Shown: positions 40,699-49,771, counted from the stretch's first letter. The stretch: DNA of 64,000 nucleotides from a virus (IMGVR_UViG_3300045988_104133:22871-86870); one strand, 5' to 3'. Numbers and translations are program-made. The notes: a model not told the origin generated them from the letters alone.

Positions 40699-41085
40699 TC
40701 AATGGAACTCTTTATAGAGCATACTGCTTATAGAGCATACTGCATCATTTATGCTATCTGCACTACTCATCGTATTTTCGATAGCTGATTGCAGCTCATC
40801 GAAACGCTTGTCTATATAATCCTTCAATCTTTCTTCGTGCTCTATAACGTTTATAGAGTTTGCGATTTTTGCATGCGTCCAGTTTTCTTCTACACATGCA
40901 TAATAATCGCCTTTTGTATCATCATGAATCTTGGAAGACACAACTCTTAGACACACGAAATCGTCTCCATCCATTACAGCATACACACCCTCTCCTGATG
41001 GGTATAGTTCGGCTTTCGCCTTATTATCCCTACTTTCTCCTTGTATGTATGCGACCTTTCCTAAAACGTTAACTCTAATTTCCAT
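40699..41085 (-). CDS. Hypothetical protein (128 aa)
   Basis: Track ORF. Confidence 0.6.
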   Translation of the reverse strand: MEIRVNVLGKVAYIQGESRDNKAKAELYPSGEGVYAVMDGDDFVCLRVVSSKIHDDTKGDYYACVEENWTHAKIANSINVIEHEERLKDYIDKRFDELQSAIENTMSSADSINDAVCSISSMLYKEFH

Positions 41086-41092
41086 ATCTCAA

Positions 41093-41314
41093 CTATTTAT
41101 TATGTAACCTACCAATATGCCACTTTGAGCAAACCTTGCATAAGTAAGGATGCCAGCCAAGTGCCTTCAACCTCGGAATCTGATTCAGAAACTCCCAAGC
41201 ATCATCCTCAGTCTCGTATGCGACCTTTGCCTTCCATGAATGAACCTTCCTGGTCCAATGTTCAGGATCAGGCTTGAACGGCGGAACTTTATTAGGATTG
41301 TGATGTCTTCCCAT
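41093..41314 (-). CDS. Hypothetical protein (73 aa)
   Basis: Track ORF, tightly packed. Confidence 0.55.
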   Translation of the reverse strand: MGRHHNPNKVPPFKPDPEHWTRKVHSWKAKVAYETEDDAWEFLNQIPRLKALGWHPYLCKVCSKWHIGRLHNK

Positions 41315-41316
41315 AA

Positions 41317-41715
41317 TTAAAAAGCTGTATATCTCGTTCTACGTATATCTTCTAGCCTCTCACGGGCCGAAAGCCGTCTTTCAAGCGAAGAATCGAACTT
41401 TTTGGCTATCTGCTCGAATTTGAAAATCATTAGGTCATCCTCAGAAACCTTCCACATCTTCTTCAGCCACTCGTTATTGAGGCGCTCTGTGGTTTTCCTG
41501 ATTCTGTCGCCGTAGAGGATTTCGAGCAGCAGCTTGTCAAAACCACCTTCCGGCTCAAAGCTCACGTCAAGCGTGATGCTGTGATTCTTGTATCGGCAAG
41601 ACGACATCTTGATACCGGACTCGAACGCTTTGTCCACAACATTATGAATAGATCCGCGAATTCTGTCGCCATCTATAAAGGCATCGGATATACAAAACAT
41701 AAGTTCTTCTCCCAT
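41317..41715 (-). CDS. Hypothetical protein (132 aa)
   Basis: Track ORF, tightly packed. Confidence 0.6.
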   Translation of the reverse strand: MGEELMFCISDAFIDGDRIRGSIHNVVDKAFESGIKMSSCRYKNHSITLDVSFEPEGGFDKLLLEILYGDRIRKTTERLNNEWLKKMWKVSEDDLMIFKFEQIAKKFDSSLERRLSARERLEDIRRTRYTAF

Positions 41716-41718
41716 AAG

Positions 41719-41931
41719 CTACAAACATTTAAATGAAACACTGTTCAACGTTCTGTTCACCGCGGCCTCCCTCTCGTTACACATGGTCCTCATGCACTCC
41801 AGGGCATCCTCGCGGACAGCAGTCATGATCTCCTGCATCGAAGCGGTGGCCGGAACAATATTCCCGTCAGCCTTCTTCTTCTTCTTCGTGATACGGGATA
41901 TAATCTCCTTGATATATTCCTTGTCTATCAT
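41719..41931 (-). CDS. Hypothetical protein (70 aa)
   Basis: Track ORF, tightly packed. Confidence 0.55.
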   Translation of the reverse strand: MIDKEYIKEIISRITKKKKKADGNIVPATASMQEIMTAVREDALECMRTMCNEREAAVNRTLNSVSFKCL

Positions 41932-41951
41932 AGAAATCTGTTTTATAACCG

Positions 41952-43514
41952 TTAATCATCAGGCTGAATGAAGCTCTCTGGCTGCTTGACGTCCTCCTCA
42001 CCACGCAATTTATTCTTCACGTCGTTGATGAGAAGCTCCTGCTTCAGGTCAATCATCTGCGCGCCGTACACCTGATAGGTCATTCCGCCCTGTGACCTCT
42101 TCTTGAAGAAGCCGTACTTGTCGCTCATATCACGCCCGAACTTCTGAATCGTAGGGATATCCTTCTCCTCGACATCGTTGGCCTTGCAGAACTCGACGAA
42201 CCTTTCGTACATCTCCTTGGCAAGCATGCATTCCGAAATCTCACCCCTCGCCTCTTGGCTACACCTCATATCATACGCCCTTATCCAGGCATAGATAGGA
42301 TTGCTTCCTAGAAGAGAGATAAGCAGCTGTCTCCTGCTGCCCTCAGCTGCCGGGAACCTGTACTTCCTGCTCCTCAGCTCCATCGCGCCACGGAATATCC
42401 AGTTGAACACTCCGCTCAGTTCCTCACGGATGACCTTGCTCGCCAGCTCCGGATCCTGCCTCTCCTTAGGGATGGTCACATCGAAGCTCACGTACTGCAA
42501 GCGTCTGATGAATCCGAGCGACGCATCGTCAGGGAACGGAAGCTCGTTGAGGTTGAAGATGAGGTAGGGGATTGAGTTCCCCTCAAGGATATCCCTGCCG
42601 AGCTTTCTCATCGGGACAGGCTCGCCGCTCACGAGTCTCTTAAACATACCAGTGTTCTTCCTTCCGAACTTCTTCGGGTCGGAATCGGAAGACCAGTTGA
42701 AGATGGCGTTTCTTATTGGATACCTTCCCCTCATTCCCTCGTCGCCGTCAGCAGTGAGGTCAGCGTAGTCCATCTTGCTTATCCTGTCCTTGCCGAATAT
42801 GTTGCAGGCAACGTCGAAGATGACGCTCTTTCCGTTGGCTCCCGTACCTATAAGGAGAAGGCAGAGTTCAATCTTCGATGACTCCTTCCCCTCGTACGGA
42901 TTGTATGCAGTACCTCTCTGTATGAGACCGAGACCGAGGAACATCTGGAGGATCATCCTCGACGTCCTGTCCGGAAGGACCTCCTTGATGAAGTTCATCC
43001 ACCTGTCACACTTCGCCTTCGGATTGTAGTCGTATGGGTGGTAGTATGTGACATGGTACTCGGGAGAGAACGGCATCACGTTCGGATACTTCAGACCGCT
43101 GCCGAAGTCAACCACTCCGTTGGCGAATGCAACGATGTCGAAGGTAGGTCTCAGTATGTTGTAGCACTCTATCACCTCCATGAATGACTTGTTCATCACC
43201 GTACTGATGCCGAGCATCGGAGCCATGGCCAGGTCGAGGAGCAGAAGCTGGTAAGCCTGTTCCAAAACTATCTTCGGAACAGCTTCGTATATCTTGCCGT
43301 TGAACATGTAGTAAGCACCGTTGTAGTACTTCACCGGAGCCTTCTTCGCCAGACGTCTCATTGACCTGATGAAAGTAGACTTCAGCTTGTTGTACTTATC
43401 AGAGTTTGCCTTACCCCAGTCCTGGCAACGGAGCGCTTCGAAGCCGTACTCGTCATGCCTCAAAAGGTCTAGCAACTGAGCGTGCAATGTGTCTATAGCA
43501 ATACCATTTTCCAT
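41952..43514 (-). CDS. D5/P4-family primase-helicase (SF3 NTPase)
   Basis: Walker A LLLIGTGANGKS, matching size and architecture. First gene next to the iteron region. Confidence 0.75.
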   Translation of the reverse strand: MENGIAIDTLHAQLLDLLRHDEYGFEALRCQDWGKANSDKYNKLKSTFIRSMRRLAKKAPVKYYNGAYYMFNGKIYEAVPKIVLEQAYQLLLLDLAMAPMLGISTVMNKSFMEVIECYNILRPTFDIVAFANGVVDFGSGLKYPNVMPFSPEYHVTYYHPYDYNPKAKCDRWMNFIKEVLPDRTSRMILQMFLGLGLIQRGTAYNPYEGKESSKIELCLLLIGTGANGKSVIFDVACNIFGKDRISKMDYADLTADGDEGMRGRYPIRNAIFNWSSDSDPKKFGRKNTGMFKRLVSGEPVPMRKLGRDILEGNSIPYLIFNLNELPFPDDASLGFIRRLQYVSFDVTIPKERQDPELASKVIREELSGVFNWIFRGAMELRSRKYRFPAAEGSRRQLLISLLGSNPIYAWIRAYDMRCSQEARGEISECMLAKEMYERFVEFCKANDVEEKDIPTIQKFGRDMSDKYGFFKKRSQGGMTYQVYGAQMIDLKQELLINDVKNKLRGEEDVKQPESFIQPDD

Positions 43515-43641
43515 TTATGTACAATAATAATATTAATTTTCCGTTATTGTGTAGGATAAACCCCGATAAATAGGGGCTTTCTGAAGGATAACACGTGTCA
43601 GGTCGTCCTTATAACATGTCGTCTATAAAATATCGACAATA

Positions 43642-43649
43642 CAAAGATA
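43642..43649 (-). promoter_or_regulatory. -7 box TATCTTTG for the replication operon
   Basis: CAAAGATA on the + strand, about 130 nt upstream of the start at 43514. Confidence 0.4.
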
Positions 43650-43961
43650 CAGATAATATCCTGAATATCCGGTAAAACCCTAGTAAATAAAGGGTATAAA
43701 TATACATTTTAGGTATACATTAAATGAAGGATAGGTATACATTTATGGTTTGGTCTGCAAAGTAAGAGTTTATGCTATCAAATGTTAATAAATAACGGAT
43801 GAATGAATATGCATAATTATCCTTTATGGTGGAAAGTAATTAAACTTTACAAAAAGACTAAAAATTCGGAAGAAAAAATTTTTAGATGAGGTGACTACCG
43901 CGCTGATTTAGTGCTATTTAGGGGGTGTGGGGGTGTTTCTTCTGAAATTATTACACTTTGT

Positions 43962-44030
43962 GTCGGTTTATATAGTGTAAACCATCGTGAAACAATATTT
44001 TTGTAATTATTTTAAATTGTCGGTTTATAT
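43962..44030. repeat. Two direct copies of GTCGGTTTATAT
   Basis: Copies at 43962..43973 and 44019..44030 in an ORF-free AT-rich region. Confidence 0.7.
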
Positions 44031-44261
44031 TTATAAAAAATTTATGTAACCACTTAATAATCAATACTTTATAATTTTGTTTATATTCGTTTTCTTGCAT
44101 AATTATACATTATCAATAAAGTGTGAAACATCAAAACTTATTACAATATACTTGACCAAAATATATTTACCATATTTATACATGCATAAATATTCATGTT
44201 TAACTTATTAAATACATTTTAACGAAATTGGTAAAAGCTTATTACATGAGTAGTTAAAAAC

Positions 44262-44461
44262 CTTAACATAATCTGCCATTTTGACGGGTGTAACTACCTG
44301 AAAATCAATTAGTTAGCAATTTGTAAAGATTAATGTTTATTAAGTTAATTATTTAACAATTACTGCCACTATACCTTTATAACTAATTGATTATTAGATA
44401 GTTACAAGTCTGCCACGTTGTCGAAAACGTTAAATTATTCAAACCTTAACAACTACTGACA
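44262..44461. repeat. Four iteron-like direct repeats TTAACA-N2-3-(T/A)CTG(C/A)CA
   Basis: CTGCCA cores at 44273, 44364 and 44410, and CTGACA at 44456, each preceded by T(T)AACA. The last three intervals are about 46 nt. Confidence 0.6.
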
Positions 44462-44621
44462 AACGCTGTAATTATTACAAACAGCTAACTATCTATAAAT
44501 CAAGTACTTACAATAGGTTAAATGCATAAACACTCAATTTTTTACTGGTTGTTTGGTATGCAGTTTGCAGTTATGTAGATAACAAGCGATATTGCTTGTT
44601 ATTCATTTAGACGATTTAGAT

Positions 44622-45143
44622 ATGAACGATTTAGAGTTAAAAGGTGCTCAAGGTTACGAACATACTAGTACAAAGGTAGCTAGTTATGTAAGCGAGTGCA
44701 AAGGTAGCGCAGTTTTAGCGCAGAGTTTAGAGGTACTTAATAGCTACAGAAAGAAACTATTAAGCGAGTGCAAAGATAGCGAAGTAGTAAGCGCAAAGAA
44801 AGAACTAGAGAAAGCACGTATTAAGTACAACAAGCTAGCAACAAATTACGTGCTTTCAGATGAAAGCTATTGCAATTTGCAGACTGAGTGCGTTCGTTCT
44901 GCTGTTAGCGAGTTTTCCCGCAAACATAAACTACCTAATTTCTTTGCGTGGTTTGATAACAACGGCAAAGACAAACAAACTACTATTATCGACAGTTTGC
45001 AGCGTTTAGGTAGTAAGTTGTGCTCTTTGCATCAAGCCTTTGCAAGTGGTGCAAAGGTAGCAAAGAAGAAGAGTGAAAGCATAACAGACCTGCAAAAACA
45101 GATAGCAGAATTGCAAGCGAAGTTAGCAGCAGCGCAAAAGTAA
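44622..45143 (+). CDS. Hypothetical protein with C-terminal coiled coil (173 aa from the ATG; track uses TTG 44592)
   Basis: Track ORF followed by a terminator. Confidence 0.6.
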   Translation: MNDLELKGAQGYEHTSTKVASYVSECKGSAVLAQSLEVLNSYRKKLLSECKDSEVVSAKKELEKARIKYNKLATNYVLSDESYCNLQTECVRSAVSEFSRKHKLPNFFAWFDNNGKDKQTTIIDSLQRLGSKLCSLHQAFASGAKVAKKKSESITDLQKQIAELQAKLAAAQK

Positions 45144-45154
45144 CACAAAACAAG

Positions 45155-45185
45155 GTAGCTAGAGAAATCTAGCTATCTAGTTTTT
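45155..45185 (+). terminator. Intrinsic terminator
   Basis: TAGCTAGA/TCTAGCTA hairpin followed shortly by TTTTT. Confidence 0.6.
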
Positions 45186-45412
45186 CCTACTGGCTATTTG
45201 ATAGGTAGCCAGTGGGAAATTTTACTCCAGGTTTTTCAACTTGGAGCGGGTCGCCGTGTCCTTATTTTTCCCACACAATTTGGTAAACCTTGTCGTGGTG
45301 TGTGGGCTTAACTCAGAGAGAGAATTTATTCTCCCTCAGGGGACTAATTGCCAAAATTCAAGAGAAGTATCTCAGTAAATCGAGAGTGCGAGAGGCACAC
45401 CGAGATGGGAGA

Positions 45413-45428
45413 GAGTAACGTGTTACTC
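45413..45428. promoter_or_regulatory. Perfect 16-bp palindrome GAGTAACGTGTTACTC (operator-like)
   Basis: Read directly, inside the 680-bp ORF-free leader of the early array. Confidence 0.4.
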
Positions 45429-45613
45429 AGAGACATCCATCCGAGAGATACGCAAAAATTCCTGGCGTGAGCGTCGAATGAGATGAGACGGCACGACGGC
45501 TAGGGGATTTGTATCATCTAGCGAGATGAGAGTTTATAGAAAGAAATCATAATTCATATTCTATTCGGTGTTGTGAGCCGTTCGGGAGTGGTTACCCGAG
45601 AAATCCCAGTGTG

Positions 45614-45629
45614 TGCAATCACGATTGCA
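45614..45629. promoter_or_regulatory. Perfect 16-bp palindrome TGCAATCACGATTGCA (operator-like)
   Basis: Read directly, in the same ORF-free leader. Confidence 0.4.
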
Positions 45630-45860
45630 GCGTTCAAGGTACACACTATCCACGCTGACTGAAATCGGTTGCTTGTCATCCGTGCGAGATTTATCTCCTC
45701 AGAAATAAACAAGTTGCTGGCAGAAGCATAAAATCTGTAGGGTGTGAGCCACGTAGTTAAGACAATAATGATAAAACGTGGTGCAAAGATGCACATCCTG
45801 GCTAACGGGGCGGTGAGAGATCACCGCTCTACAATTATGAACCATTTAAAAATTAGAATT

Positions 45861-46106
45861 ATGAAAGAAGTACATTACATTTGGATAGATTTTGAGAGTT
45901 CAACGGGTTCGTCTAAATCGATACTTTTACGTAACGGTTGTTTTTCTCTCGATGGTGCAAAGAAATTCATAAAATCTTTGCGCCCAAAAACTCTGTATGA
46001 GAATAGACCAACTTTCTTGAAGGACTGTGTAAAAATAACATTGACCGCACAGAACATTGTCTCGTCTAACACTCTCTACAGAAGAACCATTAATATTGTA
46101 GCCTAA
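45861..46106 (+). CDS. Small hypothetical protein (81 aa), first gene of the array
   Basis: In-frame ATG of track ORF 45744..46106, directly after the GAACCATTTAAAAATTAGAATT leader. Confidence 0.6.
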   Translation: MKEVHYIWIDFESSTGSSKSILLRNGCFSLDGAKKFIKSLRPKTLYENRPTFLKDCVKITLTAQNIVSSNTLYRRTINIVA

Positions 46107-46151
46107 AATCTCCCTACGTTTGTAGGGAACAATAACCAAAATTACAGAATT

Positions 46152-46286
46152 ATGAGTACGATGAGAATTAAATGCCTCGATATGAAAGAGGTAGAGAGTA
46201 TCATTGCAGATGCTCAGGAGATTTTAAGTCACGTAGAATTCGGGTCTTTGCAGAATGGTGTGCTTACATTATTCTGCGTGGCGTGA
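46152..46286 (+). CDS. Mini-protein (44 aa)
   Basis: Hand translation MSTMRIKCLDMKEVESIIADAQEILSHVEFGSLQNGVLTLFCVA. Module leader upstream. Confidence 0.45.
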   Translation: MSTMRIKCLDMKEVESIIADAQEILSHVEFGSLQNGVLTLFCVA

Positions 46287-46303
46287 GCCTAAAATCCGTA
46301 GCT

Positions 46304-46670
46304 AGTACGATAATTGTCGTGTGTGGCTACGGAACAATTACCAATAAAATTAGAATTATGAAAGCAAGACAGATTATTTATTCAAGTACGATAATTGTGC
46401 TTGGATTTATTCAGAGTGTTCCTGCTCTGTTGTGTTTAGCAAGTACGAATATTGCCATTATTCTGCTTGGAATATTTTGGGGAATTCTGCTTGGAATATT
46501 CTGGAGAAGTACGATAATTGGCAGATGGTTCTTCAGGGAGCTGTGGAGATCTACACTCCGCTTGGAGAATTTCATCCTGCCTGGAGTGTGAGAGATTTGG
46601 AAAGTACGATAATTGTGCTTGGAAACATTCAGCTAAATTCTGCTTGGAGAAATCCAGGCAGTACGATAAT
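46304..46670 (+). repeat. Irregular direct repeats AGTACGATAAT(TG) and (AT)TCTGCTTGGA
   Basis: AGTACGA(T/A)A copies at 46304, 46385, 46442, 46508, 46603 and 46660. GCTTGGA copies at 46399, 46464, 46489, 46560, 46617 and 46642. Confidence 0.8.
46358..46591 (+). CDS. Questionable hydrophobic ORF (77 aa) spanning a DNA repeat block
   Basis: Module leader upstream, but the peptide repeats simply mirror DNA repeats that extend beyond both ends of the ORF. Confidence 0.3.
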   Translation: MKARQIIYSSTIIVLGFIQSVPALLCLASTNIAIILLGIFWGILLGIFWRSTIIGRWFFRELWRSTLRLENFILPGV

Positions 46671-46693
46671 ATAACCAATCAAACAAGAGAATT

Positions 46694-47023
46694 ATGGATA
46701 GAATATTAAAGCAAGATTTGAGCAAGAATGAGGTTATAGACCTCTTGCGTGGAATGGACGCACAGGAAGTTGAGGGAAATTTCTCTGTACGTCGTGTCCT
46801 GATCAATACACAGGCGTGTGACGTATTCGGTGGAGAACCTGAGGACTCTTATCCTCTCATCCCCGGTACGTACATGGCATTGTATTACAATAGTATTGCC
46901 GGAGACCCGTATCCGCTCTTTGAGAGAATATGTGAAAACATAATAAATGACGAGAACAAGAGCCAGACTCTCCTGAATGGCGATGGCATTATTCTGATTT
47001 TCCTGCTCAACAAGTACGAGTAG
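46694..47023 (+). CDS. Hypothetical protein (109 aa)
   Basis: Track ORF with module leader. Confidence 0.7.
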   Translation: MDRILKQDLSKNEVIDLLRGMDAQEVEGNFSVRRVLINTQACDVFGGEPEDSYPLIPGTYMALYYNSIAGDPYPLFERICENIINDENKSQTLLNGDGIILIFLLNKYE

Positions 47024-47085
47024 CCAAAAATGTGCTCAGGCATTTTCCTGGGCATACTATGTCAAACCATTAAACAAATTGAATT

Positions 47086-47262
47086 ATGTTAGACAAGAAA
47101 TCACAGAAGAATTTTGAGCGTGCGCTTATGCATGAGATGGAGAAGATCAAGATAGCAGCGCGCCAGTGGCATAGCAACAATACTAAGGGCTACAGAGATT
47201 ATCGTAGCAAGAAAACTATCTCCAAGAGTTTCTCTGAGATTGCGGTATTGTGCATGAGCTAA
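47086..47262 (+). CDS. Small basic protein (58 aa)
   Basis: Hand translation MLDKKSQKNFERALMHEMEKIKIAARQWHSNN... Module leader upstream. Confidence 0.5.
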   Translation: MLDKKSQKNFERALMHEMEKIKIAARQWHSNNTKGYRDYRSKKTISKSFSEIAVLCMS

Positions 47263-47310
47263 ATGTGCGTGACGATTGTCACGCATACTATTCACCAATA
47301 TTTAAGAATT

Positions 47311-47601
47311 ATGATAGATGAAGAATACAAGGAGAATGTAGAGTACATACTCTCTACGATTTTGCCTAAGTTGCAGGAAATCCAAAAAAAAGTATTGAAA
47401 AATCAATCAAGACTGAGCCTTGATGTTAGCGTTAGCAATAAAAACGGCGAAGGGTATATAAGTTGTTTTGCCTGTGTCATGAATGACATGGGAGAAATAA
47501 CGGATACTTGTTTTCCACGTTTCATCTGCGTATGCAGCAAAGAGGAGATTGACGAGCGGCTTAACGAACTTAAAGAGTTCATCAAGAAGTACATAGCCTG
47601 A
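47311..47601 (+). CDS. Hypothetical protein (96 aa)
   Basis: In-frame ATG of track ORF 47263..47601 after the module leader. Confidence 0.65.
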   Translation: MIDEEYKENVEYILSTILPKLQEIQKKVLKNQSRLSLDVSVSNKNGEGYISCFACVMNDMGEITDTCFPRFICVCSKEEIDERLNELKEFIKKYIA

Positions 47602-47651
47602 AAATTGAGGGAGTTTTATCTCCCTCTCCTATAAACCAAAAATGTAGAATT

Positions 47652-47921
47652 ATGAGCAAATGGGTACAATTCTATCACAAGATTAATAAGTTTGACCTTG
47701 TGAACATGAGATTTACGGATGATTTCAGTATCGTGGAAATGGTTGGCATGGATTCTATTATGCCTATTGACGGTAGACTTAATCTGTCATCCATACGTGC
47801 TGAGATACAGAAGAAAATAGAGAACATGAAGAAAATCGAGAGTTTCGACCCTTGTGCGTTCTCCATCCTCACCGGTCCTACGATTCTGTGTGCTTCAGAA
47901 AGTCCGGTGTACAATCTCTGA
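47652..47921 (+). CDS. Hypothetical protein (89 aa)
   Basis: Track ORF with module leader. Confidence 0.7.
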   Translation: MSKWVQFYHKINKFDLVNMRFTDDFSIVEMVGMDSIMPIDGRLNLSSIRAEIQKKIENMKKIESFDPCAFSILTGPTILCASESPVYNL

Positions 47922-47979
47922 GCCAGAACTGGGCAGTACGATAATGTGCTGCCTGCTATTAACCAAAACATATAGAATT

Positions 47980-48126
47980 ATGGAAACAGTAAGAGTAACT
48001 GACAGACACGGAATAGAGCGCGCGTGGGATGTCGTAACAGATAAATGTGTAGGCTGTTGTTTCTTAGGCATACACAACGGGACGACGTACTGCTGTCCTA
48101 GCCATATCTCGTGTGACAACAAGTAG
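47980..48126 (+). CDS. Cys-rich mini-protein (48 aa)
   Basis: METVRVTDRHGIERAWDVVTDKCVGCCFLGIHNGTTYCCPSHISCDNK. In-frame ATG of track ORF 47854..48126 after the module leader. Confidence 0.5.
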   Translation: METVRVTDRHGIERAWDVVTDKCVGCCFLGIHNGTTYCCPSHISCDNK

Positions 48127-48187
48127 CCAAATCTGCGGGGCACGTCCTGTGTCCTGCTTCTATTATTAACCAATAAAATTCAGAATT

Positions 48188-48364
48188 ATGACAGACGGAG
48201 ACAGAAAGTTTCTTGCCAGGCTCGTCGCGAGTCACAAGGCAGTTATCAGCGAGGAGTGCAGACGCAAGAACCTCGACAAGAGCGAGTATTTCAGACGCGT
48301 AGCGCGTGCAGACAAGAAAGCTCAGGAGATTGAACAATCGTGCATGCGACCTCGCAAGTTCTAG
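48188..48364 (+). CDS. Small basic protein (58 aa), possible ribbon-helix-helix DNA binder
   Basis: Hand translation MTDGDRKFLARLVASHKAVISEECRRKNLDKSEYFRRVARADKK... The SEYFRRVA pattern recalls CopG/MobC-type RHH proteins. Confidence 0.5.
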   Translation: MTDGDRKFLARLVASHKAVISEECRRKNLDKSEYFRRVARADKKAQEIEQSCMRPRKF

Positions 48365-48425
48365 CCAAACATTCTGTGCAGTCTATCTGCACAGAAACCA
48401 TGTTAAACCATAAAAATGTAGAATT

Positions 48426-49319
48426 ATGAAGAAAATTGTTAATACATTTACGAAGATTTTCGTACGAGACGGAAAGCGTCACAGAATTGTCGCTGTCGCT
48501 TCTTTAGGTGATGAGTGCAGAAATAACATCTGCACTTTCTCTATTACAGGTCAGATAGATATTTTCTGTTTCGGTTCATGGCACTGCAAAACCTGCGGTT
48601 GCATTACAGACGAGATATGCAAATTCTTTCCAGAATTGAAACCATTTGTAAATCTTCACATGTGCAACTACAAGGGACAGCCATTCTATACTGTGGATAA
48701 TGGTATTTACTATGTATCCCAAAGTAAGGAGATTGCTATGCGTAATCTCAGAATTACCGAGGATGAGTACGATGCCCTGCTCCCTGCTGCCGAGCTGAAC
48801 GACAAGGACTATTTTGTCTATAAGTTATTCAAGCTTGGCATCGTTAAGAGATGGAAGTCTGAAGCTGATAAGTTTATTGAGTTTCTTCTTCGCCAAGGAG
48901 GTGAATGGGAGAATCCATACACTATCAGCGACGAAAGACCGACAATTAAGCTGACCGGAGGCATAAGAGCTCTTGTAGAATCCAGACTCAAGAAAGGATA
49001 CTACACGAAGGAAAATATTGATAAGATATTGCAGCAAAGAAGAGCTGACGAAATCAGCAAGAAACGTCAGTCTATAATTGAAGAGTACTACAAGAAGACC
49101 GAAAAAGCTCGCAATGAGCGTGACGTGATGCTTTACATTCTTGACCACGGTCTTTCTATCGGTAACGTGATTTATTACGATTACAACAACACCGTGAAGT
49201 TCAACTGGCTCGATTACAAGGAGCAGATTACGAAAGAACAGTTCGAGAATTTTATTGGGAACTTAGATCCCAGCAAGTTGCCTGAGGGTATTAAATTCTC
49301 AATCGACATCAAGAAGTAG
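48426..49319 (+). CDS. Hypothetical protein (297 aa)
   Basis: Track ORF with module leader. Confidence 0.8.
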   Translation: MKKIVNTFTKIFVRDGKRHRIVAVASLGDECRNNICTFSITGQIDIFCFGSWHCKTCGCITDEICKFFPELKPFVNLHMCNYKGQPFYTVDNGIYYVSQSKEIAMRNLRITEDEYDALLPAAELNDKDYFVYKLFKLGIVKRWKSEADKFIEFLLRQGGEWENPYTISDERPTIKLTGGIRALVESRLKKGYYTKENIDKILQQRRADEISKKRQSIIEEYYKKTEKARNERDVMLYILDHGLSIGNVIYYDYNNTVKFNWLDYKEQITKEQFENFIGNLDPSKLPEGIKFSIDIKK

Positions 49320-49323
49320 CCAA

Positions 49324-49363
49324 CCAATCCTCACTCCAACGGGTGGGGATTTCTATTAACCAA
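49324..49363 (+). repeat. 40-nt direct repeat, copy 1
   Basis: CCAATCCTCACTCCAACGGGTGGGGATTTCTATTAACCAA. Differs at one position from the copy at 49719..49758. Confidence 0.9.
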
Positions 49364-49374
49364 ATATTAGAATT

Positions 49375-49713
49375 ATGATAACGGATTACTACACAGCCGT
49401 ACACTGGCTAAAAAGTGCGTTCATCCTCTGTAACGAGATTGTAGAGAATGACGAATCAGTGATTGAAAACATCGAGTATCCAGAGATGACAGAAGAAGAA
49501 AGGAACAGAATCGAGATATTCCAGTGGTTCCTCACTAACATGAGCGAAGAGGATAAGGAATGGATGCAGAAGAATTTCCCTGATCTTATCTTCTCTTACT
49601 CAGACAAGCTTGACTTGTGGATTCTTTGCGTAGATCATTTTGGAACGATGTGGAAGGGAGTCCCAACGACTACCAACTGCGAGAATGCGGCAAAGGCTAG
49701 CCAGCTGCCGTAG
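49375..49713 (+). CDS. Hypothetical protein (112 aa), flanked by the 40-nt direct repeats
   Basis: Track ORF with module leader. Confidence 0.7.
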   Translation: MITDYYTAVHWLKSAFILCNEIVENDESVIENIEYPEMTEEERNRIEIFQWFLTNMSEEDKEWMQKNFPDLIFSYSDKLDLWILCVDHFGTMWKGVPTTTNCENAAKASQLP

Positions 49714-49718
49714 CCAAA

Positions 49719-49758
49719 CCAATCCTCACTCCCACGGGTGGGGATTTCTATTAACCAA
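49719..49758 (+). repeat. 40-nt direct repeat, copy 2
   Basis: CCAATCCTCACTCCCACGGGTGGGGATTTCTATTAACCAA. Confidence 0.9.
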
Positions 49759-49771
49759 CAATTACAGAATT

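Noticed and set aside
43921-43935. GGGGGTGTGGGGGTG as a G-quadruplex
   Set aside because: There are only two G runs, which is insufficient for an intramolecular quadruplex.
45554-45796. 80-aa minus-strand ORF in the array leader region
   Set aside because: It is isolated, has no promoter or leader, and overlaps palindromes and hairpins. Most likely a chance ORF.
46304-46670. CRISPR array
   Set aside because: The repeats are short (11-13 nt), degenerate and irregularly spaced (55-95 nt). Two motif types are interleaved, and there are no cas genes.
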